Assembly (NCBI GenBank): GCA_013288325.1
Contig: JABDCB010000001.1
Location: 44,287-108,286 of the forward strand
Origin: Bacteroidota bacterium
GTDB taxonomy: Bacteria; Bacteroidota; Bacteroidia; Palsa-965
Direction: 5' to 3'
DNA: 64,000 nucleotides
The position numbers and the translations under genes were made by a program. Below, piece by piece: positions 19,425-26,654 of the stretch. Every line of letters begins with the position of its first letter. Position 1 is the stretch's first letter. Under the pieces are notes generated by a model, which was not told the DNA's origin, ran no database searches, and saw only the letters and a program-made list of their open reading frames with translations.

Positions 19425-20096
19425 TTATTTTCCCAGCAGGTTAATATCCTTCATTTCAATTATCTTTTTAGCATAGCCATTTCTGGCTGCGGAAATCATT
19501 GCTTTTCCAAGGGTGGTGGTATCCGTTACCGCCCCTTTGAATGGTTTGAGGAGATAATACAGCGGTGTGAAAATCTTATAAATGATGCGATAGCTTTTTG
19601 TTCTGGATACAATCCCTTTCATGGGTTGAATATATCCCGGGCGAAACATAAAAGCATTTTTAAAAGGCAGGGCCAGCAAGGCATTTTCCAGTTTACCTTT
19701 TACCCGGGCCCACATCTGTCTTCCTTTTTCAGTACTGTCGGTACCGGCTCCGGAAACATAACAAAACGTATAAGTTGTTCCGCTTTGGAGGAGCGTATTG
19801 GCGGCCTTTATACATAGGTCATAGGTAATTTTTGTATACTCCTCTTCGCTCAAACCCAGGGCAGAAATACCCAGGCAAAAGAAACAGGTATTATAGTTTC
19901 CAAACTCTTTGACCAGTGCCGAGAAATTGGAAAAATCAGAAAGCAATATTTCCTTTACTTTCTGGTGCTTAACACCGGATGAACTGCGGTTTATGATGAG
20001 TATGGTTTCAATCTGTGGATCCTCTATACATTCCAGCAATACCGCCTGACCAATCATTCCTGTGGATCCGAAAATAAGAGGTTTGATGGTGTTCAT
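19425..20096 (-). CDS. NAD(P)-binding epimerase/dehydratase-like (TIP30/YraR-like) protein
   Basis: Rossmann GSTGMIG; CFFCLG; RVKGKLENAL; FRPGYI. Confidence 0.85.
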   Translation of the reverse strand: MNTIKPLIFGSTGMIGQAVLLECIEDPQIETILIINRSSSGVKHQKVKEILLSDFSNFSALVKEFGNYNTCFFCLGISALGLSEEEYTKITYDLCIKAANTLLQSGTTYTFCYVSGAGTDSTEKGRQMWARVKGKLENALLALPFKNAFMFRPGYIQPMKGIVSRTKSYRIIYKIFTPLYYLLKPFKGAVTDTTTLGKAMISAARNGYAKKIIEMKDINLLGK

Positions 20097-20234
20097 ACAG
20101 ATGATTTAGAAATAGATTGCTCTGATAAAGGTAGATAAAATCGTCCACCAATTTAAAGACATTAAATCTGTCTGTGCCACGAATAATCTCCTTTAGATTC
20201 GCGTTTATTCGTTATAAGTCGCAGTAGTAATTAT

Positions 20235-20753
20235 TTAAAAAAACGTAACATCAGAGACAGGAAAAATCAGTTTTCTCAAATCAGAGACCTTATTGCATAT
20301 GTAAGTGGGGGCAGTTTCAAGAAGCGATTCGGCATTGCCACAACCCCATATTGCAGCAACAGAAATAATGCCTGCGCCCTTGGAAGCTATAATGTCTTTG
20401 GGGTCATCTCCTATTGACAATATTTCATCCTTTGCTACTCCCATTTTTTTAAGGGCCAAAAGCATTGGTTCTGGGTGTGGCTTTTTATTGTGCGTATCAT
20501 GATAGCATACTCTGTTTACAAAAGGTAGGCCGTGGTGGGATAATACTTTATCGCAATATGTAGATGGGCTTGTAGTTACAATACATGTTGGTATACCATT
20601 CGAATTAATCTCTGCGATAAGGTCAAAGATTCCTTCATACAAAACGAATGAAGGGATTAAGTCATATACTTTATTCCACTCCCTGTTTTTTCTCTCTTGA
20701 AGAGCAATATTGGAATCAATAATTGTTTGATCTAAATCGAAGATGATTCCCAT
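20235..20753 (-). CDS. HAD-family hydrolase/phosphatase
   Basis: Motif I FDLDQT, motif II VTT, KKPHP, GDDPKD; start overlaps the DprA 3' end. Confidence 0.9.
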   Translation of the reverse strand: MGIIFDLDQTIIDSNIALQERKNREWNKVYDLIPSFVLYEGIFDLIAEINSNGIPTCIVTTSPSTYCDKVLSHHGLPFVNRVCYHDTHNKKPHPEPMLLALKKMGVAKDEILSIGDDPKDIIASKGAGIISVAAIWGCGNAESLLETAPTYICNKVSDLRKLIFPVSDVTFF

Positions 20754-21826
20754 ATTATTCCTTGATAGCTTGTGTCTAAGCTTTTAACCTTTTTCTTTCT
20801 TTTTTTCTTTATCGCTTCTTCTGTAACGCCGTCAATGTTATTCGTCACCAATTCGTCAATATCGAAAAGTGTCTTTGAAAATCCAATGTTATCATGAAGC
20901 ATTGATGCTGTATTTTTTGCAATTCCAATTCTTTCATATATTCTGGAAATAAAGCTCTCAATATCTTCAGCAGTTCCAATAGGAGCAGCCCGTTTTTCGG
21001 CTATCAACATTTTATTGCCATTTACCTTAGAGTAGTCACTTTTTTCAATGGGATGATTAATACAGGCTAACGGTTTCTTCTCCTCTTCTGTAAATTTTAC
21101 TGTATGCATTGTTCCTCCCAATATATCTGTCTCAATCACAATTGTCCCGTTACTCAGACCACTTTGCAGACGATCTCTTTCAACAAAAAGAGGGCCAAAG
21201 GGTTTTTGCCCAATTGAATACTCGCTAAGTAACGCCCCGCCACTTTGAACAATTTCATGAGCTAAACTTTGATTCACTTTTGGATATATCATGTCTAAGC
21301 CGTGAGCTAGAACCGCTACTGTCCTTCCTTTCTTATCCAAACATCCACGATGACCCGCAGTGTCACTACCCTTTGCAAGTCCACTTACTACTACAAAACC
21401 CTCTTGCGCAAATATTTGAGCCAGCCGCCTACCCGTCCTAAACCCATATGGAGAAGGTTCACGAGTTCCAATAATAGCTACAATTTTTTTTTCGTTTAGT
21501 ATATTCACATCACCGACAACATGCACCAATACAGGAGGCTGCTTAATTATTTTCAAATTAGAGGGGAATTTTGCATTCCAGTAACTATAAATGTTGATAT
21601 GCCCCTTCTCTGAATTTTCCAGAACAGTTTCAGCTTTATGCAAACCAATATCATACTCAGAGTTGGTAATATGCTTAAGATTATTCTGCTCAGCCCAATT
21701 CACAATGAAGTGTTTAAATTCAGGGTCGCTCAAGACTGTCGTAATACTTTCACCAATGGTGAATATAGTTTTCTTGCCTATTTTGTGTAAGGCACTTAAT
21801 GTAAGTATTTGTTTTTCAGTAAGCAT
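20732..21826 (-). CDS. DprA/Smf-like protein (ShosA-like)
   Basis: VAIIGTR, VVVSGLAKGSDTAGH, VAVLAHGLD, LLSEY, FVERDRLQSGLS, GGTMHT. Confidence 0.92.
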   Translation of the reverse strand: MLTEKQILTLSALHKIGKKTIFTIGESITTVLSDPEFKHFIVNWAEQNNLKHITNSEYDIGLHKAETVLENSEKGHINIYSYWNAKFPSNLKIIKQPPVLVHVVGDVNILNEKKIVAIIGTREPSPYGFRTGRRLAQIFAQEGFVVVSGLAKGSDTAGHRGCLDKKGRTVAVLAHGLDMIYPKVNQSLAHEIVQSGGALLSEYSIGQKPFGPLFVERDRLQSGLSNGTIVIETDILGGTMHTVKFTEEEKKPLACINHPIEKSDYSKVNGNKMLIAEKRAAPIGTAEDIESFISRIYERIGIAKNTASMLHDNIGFSKTLFDIDELVTNNIDGVTEEAIKKKRKKKVKSLDTSYQGIIWESSSI

Positions 21827-21844
21827 TGCAGTAATTAAAAAGAA

Positions 21845-22459
21845 TCAATCAAAAATAGAAGGATCGTATTGATTATTACATCCTTCGAGTCTTTCGGTTC
21901 TTGCTAAGGTATAAAAATAAATTTTGGACGTAGGAAAGTATTTTTCTAGTTCACTTCTTATTGCATTAACCGTTGCTCCAGAAGTGCTAATGTCATCAAT
22001 TATTAAGAAAGAATTGCCATCTGTAAGATTTGAATCGGGATTAACTTGGTATATTCCCTCAAGCGCTTTGATCCTATCAACTTTCCTTGAAATATAATGC
22101 ATTGGCCCAATATGCTTCTTCTTTAACATAGTCTCTGGAACATATTGACATTTCAGTGTAGCAGCTAGCGCAGCCCCAAGGCTATCCAAAGACTTTGTTC
22201 CAGAAGATTTCAGTTCTTTACTCCCGAGAGGCCTTACAATATAATCTATCTTAATGTTCAATGACGCGAAGCATTCTGAAGCAAGTTTACTCCAAACTTT
22301 CACTGCATTGGCTTCATTATCTTTGAATTCTCGAATGGACACAGAAAAGGGTTCTTGACCCTGTGGAATGAAATGAACTAAATACCACGCCCCATCAAAA
22401 TTTGGATACGAGCGACTGATACTAATTGGTTTGATAAGTTGGTGCGCCATGTTATACAT
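21845..22459 (-). CDS. ComF-like phosphoribosyltransferase (ShosT PRTase-like)
   Basis: PRPP-binding loop LIIDDISTSGAT; C-terminal YTLART. Confidence 0.85.
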   Translation of the reverse strand: MYNMAHQLIKPISISRSYPNFDGAWYLVHFIPQGQEPFSVSIREFKDNEANAVKVWSKLASECFASLNIKIDYIVRPLGSKELKSSGTKSLDSLGAALAATLKCQYVPETMLKKKHIGPMHYISRKVDRIKALEGIYQVNPDSNLTDGNSFLIIDDISTSGATVNAIRSELEKYFPTSKIYFYTLARTERLEGCNNQYDPSIFD

Positions 22460-22805
22460 TTTTTGTTACATCAAGGAGTAACCTGATGCAATTACCTATT
22501 TCATGTTCCGATTTTTCGTTTTGTTGAAATATTCTTGTTTTACAAAAAATTGGATGACAATTAAATATATTGATTTCGCTTGAATTTTAAAGGATACGAC
22601 TCAGAAAAGTTAAATACTTCCTTAAATAAGCCAAAATTATATTCAATGTAATATTGAATAAAGGTTGTAGAGGTTTTACAAATACTACGAAAAACTTACA
22701 TCTGTAATATTGTGTCTGTTTTTGTAAGCAAATTAGTTCCTTTTTACTTCAAGGGAAACTGAAAATAAGTATATTAGGAAAATATTAATAAACCCCCATT
22801 CAAAT

Positions 22806-23000
22806 ATGAATTTTGGCGACAACACAACGCGAATCATTATTGCGGTAGTTGGTGTATTAACCCTACTTGCAGGCGGAGCTTTCATTTCTTATAAGAAAAA
22901 TAAGAAGAAAACTTCTAGGAACTCACAGAGTGGTATAATTCAGGTTGGTGATGGTAATAGAGTAACAGGAGAAGATGATAAATCGACAAATCAGAAATGA
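22806..23000 (+). CDS. 64-aa single-TM protein with C-terminal RHIM/amyloid-like motif; putative Lamassu membrane effector
   Basis: TM IIIAVVGVLTLLAGGAFISY, then KKNKKK, then QSGIIQVGDGNRVTGEDDKSTN; ATGA overlap with the next gene. Confidence 0.8.
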   Translation: MNFGDNTTRIIIAVVGVLTLLAGGAFISYKKNKKKTSRNSQSGIIQVGDGNRVTGEDDKSTNQK

Positions 23001-23572
23001 GTTTAGGAAGGAAGCAGGAGAACATCCAGCAATCGGGCATTGGTAATAGGGTAACTCTTGGGAATGATAATTCAAGTAACCTTTATATCATTCCTGCAAA
23101 AGGCAAGCTTGCGACCCTTTTTGAAAGGCTGAAGGACAAATTCGACAATAAAGAAGAGATTTCTAAAATTTCTGAAGACTTAAAACGATACACTGACCTT
23201 CAGGATGTTATTGGTCTAGAAAAGAAGCTTGAGGATGCTAATATGCAGCATTATGTTGATGATTTTTTATGGTATAAACAAGAATTCAACAAAAAACTTA
23301 TTTTATATCAGAATTACGAGCCTGCACAGGAAATATTTTCATATATCCTTGCGATTGTTTTGGAAAGATATAGGAACATTATCAAGCCAATGATTATAAA
23401 TGGAGCTTCCGAGAGCGAGATACTCTTAACCATTTCTAACGCAATAGTTACACCTCTTTTGGATTTGGTCCAGCAGGAAGGATGTAATGACATCATGGGC
23501 CTTTCCGCAACAGAGATTAATGGAATGTTTCATTATCTAACTGGACAGTGTCATATTAAGTGGAAGCTATGA
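22997..23572 (+). CDS. LmuA-like ABC-three-component CTD protein with N-terminal amyloid-like motif and no catalytic effector
   Basis: IGLEKKL...KQEFNKKL...AQEIFSYIL...GMFHYLTGQCHIKW pattern of ABC-3C CTDs; first ~30 aa are Q/N/G/S-rich. Confidence 0.75.
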   Translation: MSLGRKQENIQQSGIGNRVTLGNDNSSNLYIIPAKGKLATLFERLKDKFDNKEEISKISEDLKRYTDLQDVIGLEKKLEDANMQHYVDDFLWYKQEFNKKLILYQNYEPAQEIFSYILAIVLERYRNIIKPMIINGASESEILLTISNAIVTPLLDLVQQEGCNDIMGLSATEINGMFHYLTGQCHIKWKL

Positions 23573-24087
23573 TTGTCTATCAACAAGCCTTCGATCTATA
23601 CCATAGTGTTTACCGGCTCATAAAGCTTTTGGCTTATTTCGACCGAAATGACTATGTTGAAATAGAACGATTACGAATATGGGATTACTATTTGTTGTAT
23701 CCCAATAAGATGAGTCAAATTAAACTTAAGCGTGAAGAGAAGGATATCAAGTCAATTATCAGAACATATATTCTTAAGCCTGAAAATCCATATGAGCGCA
23801 TTTTAAATGACAGGAAGATGTTTGAAAAAATTAAACCGTATCAAATGGCAGCAATCAAGTGCTTAGCCTCATATGGAATTATTAATATGGATTATTTGAT
23901 TTTGAACAGAATAACTATCATTTCAAAAGATCTATTTGATAAATATGAAAATGACTTCAAGGACTTAAGTGCACAGGAGGGAAATACCATTAGATTATTA
24001 ACATCTCATTTTTACCTTATGCCATTGAATGGAGAAGATGGATTAAAGGAAAGAACTAACCTTCTAGAAAGCAAGTATGATGCGTAA
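23569..24087 (+). CDS. ABC-three-component middle component (LmuC-like, MC5-type)
   Basis: MIVYQQAFDLYH...ERLRIWDYYLLYP...GLKERTNLLE; ATG 23569 overlaps the upstream TGA. Confidence 0.78.
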   Translation: MIVYQQAFDLYHSVYRLIKLLAYFDRNDYVEIERLRIWDYYLLYPNKMSQIKLKREEKDIKSIIRTYILKPENPYERILNDRKMFEKIKPYQMAAIKCLASYGIINMDYLILNRITIISKDLFDKYENDFKDLSAQEGNTIRLLTSHFYLMPLNGEDGLKERTNLLESKYDA

Positions 24088-25999
24088 TAGATTGCTGTTG
24101 AATCGAATGATTATTTATACTTCGTCAGGTGAGGTTGCTTATGATGAACTATTTCATAAAGGTGTAAATATTATACGTGGCGACAATAGTAGTGGAAAGT
24201 CTACATTAACACACTTCATATTTTATGTCCTAGGCGGAGGGTTTAATAACTGGGTAAAAGAAGCGAAAAAATGCTCCAGAGTAATGGCCGAAGTTGAGAT
24301 GAATGGGGCAATAGTTTCATTAAAAAGGGAAATTAATCTTAACGACAGCGGAAGAGCAAACGCAACCGAAGGATTGTGCTTTTTCTGGGGGCCAATGACT
24401 GAGTCACTTGTTAATACTACTGATTGGCAAAAATTTAATTTTAACACAACGGCCAATAATAAGAGCTATTCAAATGTAATCTTTGAGAATTTAGACCTGC
24501 CAATTGTTGAAGGTGAGAATAATATTACTTTTCATCAGGTATTGAGACTTTTATATATAGATCAGGAATCTCCAACAAATTCGTTATTTTATTTCGAACA
24601 GTTTGATTCGTCTCTAACTAGGGAAACCGTCTCAGACTTGCTTCTTGGAGCATATAATCAAGAGCTGTACGATAAAAAACAAAGAAAAAATGATGCAGAA
24701 AAAGAATTTGAAACCATAACGAGTGAAATAAAGGTAATTAAGAAGTTCATCCCCAACCCTCTTGATTTAATCCCAGCTAATATACAGACTAACATTCAAA
24801 ACAATGAAGCAAAAGTTAGCGAAATAGAGGAGGAAATTCTTTCACTCAGAGAGAAGAATAAAGCAATACGCTATAGCGCAAAGACAAAGCTTGAATTTGA
24901 AGTGCTAAATAGTCAATCCGTGACCCAAAGGCAAATCGTAAAAGAGCTTGAGAGCAAGATAAGGGGATCTCAACTAGAAATAGAAGACACAGAGTTCTTT
25001 ATTTCGGCTTTGGGAAATAAATTAAATGCGCTAAAGAAATCTCTACTTACAAGAGATTTTTTAGGTCATCTGCCCTTAGAGCATTGCCCAGAGTGTTTGT
25101 CTAGACTGGAGCCAGTCGAAGATCCTAAAATATGTAAATTGTGTAAAAGAGAAATAGAGGGCAGTGTTGGAATAACTCAGGCACGTAAAATTGAACAAGA
25201 AATCAGTTTTCAAATAAAGGAATCAAAAAGGCTAACAGACAAAAAGAGCAGAGAGCTTTTGGAATTAAAGGCTCAATTTGAATCAGAACAGGTAAAATTG
25301 CATCAGTTGCAAACAAGAGTTAATCAAGCTTTAGCTGATGTTAAGCCCATTAGAGATGAAAAAATTGATGGATTATATGTTGACAAAGGATTTGTTGAAG
25401 GGGAAATACTACAGCTAAGGACATTATTAGAGAACGCGGAGGTGTATCAAAGTCTCGTGAAAAAACAGATGGAATTAGAGCAGGAACTCGAAGGGCTTAA
25501 ATATACCATTGATAAGATAACTACTGAGCAGAATAAACTAAAGAAAGAAACAAATAATGCAATAGAAAGGGAAGGAGTCTATTTGCTAAATAATGATCTT
25601 AGGAGACAAAGCGAATTTATTGATGCAAAAGAGTTTCATATTGATTATAGAAATAATCTTGCTTATGTTTCTGATAAGGAAGCCAGGTATTCAGCCAGTT
25701 CCAGTTTTTATTTAAAAACATCTGCTCGATTTGCAATTTTTCTGGCATCTCTTTCGATCGAGAAGATGAGATATCCACGTTTTGTTTTCTGCGACAATAT
25801 GGAAGATAAAGGGATTGAAAAGGAAAGAGCGCAGAATTTTCAGCGAATACTTATAAATGAAGCAAACAAACATGCTTCAGAATCATATCAGTTAATATAT
25901 ACTACATCGTTTATTCCAGATGAATTGGATAATACAGAATATTGTGTTGGAGATTTTTATACTGAAAGTAATCCATCTTTAAAAAATGTGAATAACTAA
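24077..25999 (+). CDS. SMC/Rad50-like ABC ATPase (LmuB-like)
   Basis: Walker A GDNSSGKST, Q-loop LYIDQ, coiled coils around CPEC...CKLC, signature YSASS, Walker B FVFCDNMEDKG. Confidence 0.9.
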   Translation: MMRNRLLLNRMIIYTSSGEVAYDELFHKGVNIIRGDNSSGKSTLTHFIFYVLGGGFNNWVKEAKKCSRVMAEVEMNGAIVSLKREINLNDSGRANATEGLCFFWGPMTESLVNTTDWQKFNFNTTANNKSYSNVIFENLDLPIVEGENNITFHQVLRLLYIDQESPTNSLFYFEQFDSSLTRETVSDLLLGAYNQELYDKKQRKNDAEKEFETITSEIKVIKKFIPNPLDLIPANIQTNIQNNEAKVSEIEEEILSLREKNKAIRYSAKTKLEFEVLNSQSVTQRQIVKELESKIRGSQLEIEDTEFFISALGNKLNALKKSLLTRDFLGHLPLEHCPECLSRLEPVEDPKICKLCKREIEGSVGITQARKIEQEISFQIKESKRLTDKKSRELLELKAQFESEQVKLHQLQTRVNQALADVKPIRDEKIDGLYVDKGFVEGEILQLRTLLENAEVYQSLVKKQMELEQELEGLKYTIDKITTEQNKLKKETNNAIEREGVYLLNNDLRRQSEFIDAKEFHIDYRNNLAYVSDKEARYSASSSFYLKTSARFAIFLASLSIEKMRYPRFVFCDNMEDKGIEKERAQNFQRILINEANKHASESYQLIYTTSFIPDELDNTEYCVGDFYTESNPSLKNVNN

Positions 26000-26009
26000 C
26001 ATCAGGCTC

Positions 26010-26363
26010 ATGAGAACCTACGTTCTTGCATATGATAGGTTAAACGAGATTGATAATGATGAGTTATTGAAAGATCTTGTTATTTTCTTAGTGAATGAGG
26101 GAGCCGAAGGGGTTTATCATCTTGTTGCGTCAACATTGATTTTCACATGTGATTATAAATATGTGTATACTCATTGGGTCCGTGCGTTGGAGGAATATAA
26201 AATCAGAGACAAAGTGTTTTATGTTTTATCAGAAGTATATCACAGCGGCTCATCAAAACACATTTCTGCGCAAAAAAGTGAAGAAATTGATCACAAAAAT
26301 TTTCAAATTTTAGTAGACGTAGCTAAAGCCTCTAGAACTAGTCTGCCAGCCCCTAAATTATAA
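26010..26363 (+). CDS. Small protein, possibly Cas2/VapD-like ferredoxin fold
   Basis: N-terminal YVLAYD strand then HLVASTLIF; 10 bp after the lmuB-like stop. Confidence 0.55.
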   Translation: MRTYVLAYDRLNEIDNDELLKDLVIFLVNEGAEGVYHLVASTLIFTCDYKYVYTHWVRALEEYKIRDKVFYVLSEVYHSGSSKHISAQKSEEIDHKNFQILVDVAKASRTSLPAPKL

Positions 26364-26654
26364 ATACACTTGATATTTATAATTTCATGAGTAAGCATTT
26401 GGGTACCATGAAATTTAGTATTTGCCACTTTGCCAACATCCTTCATAACCCTTCAATGAGCATTGCTGGTCTCCGATCCCCAAGGCACTACTACATGGTG
26501 TGCAATAACTACCTAGACGTATATAACCTTTTCTTGGAGATGCCTTATTGGGCCTCGTGCAAATATAGTGTGGCAAACATTGTTTTTAGATACTTCAGAT
26601 GAAGAAAGTCTAAAAATGTTCTCTCTCCACTTTATAGCTGATAAAGGGCTATAA

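Larger units (their letters stand above)
20110..26650. other. AT-rich putative defence island with two divergent operons; boundaries approximate
   Basis: Visibly more AT-rich than the flanks; PRTase/DprA/HAD and ABC-3C/Lamassu genes; no integrase or att site seen. Confidence 0.75.

Noticed and set aside
20170-20225. Degenerate CCACGAAT...ATTCG REP-like remnant at the island's left edge
   Set aside because: Too degenerate, single copy in the window, and no matching copy at the right edge.
20732-22459. Housekeeping competence genes dprA/comF
   Set aside because: The island context, AT-rich composition, lack of a ComF zinc finger and of the DprA winged-helix tail, and linkage to a HAD gene favour a defence module.
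24077-25999. Chromosomal SbcC/RecN/SMC repair gene
   Set aside because: It is short (640 aa), has no sbcD or scpAB neighbour, and is coupled to ABC-3C middle and CTD components.
26387-26650. ORFs or gene remnant at the island's right edge
   Set aside because: Frames are short and interrupted, with no recognisable motif.
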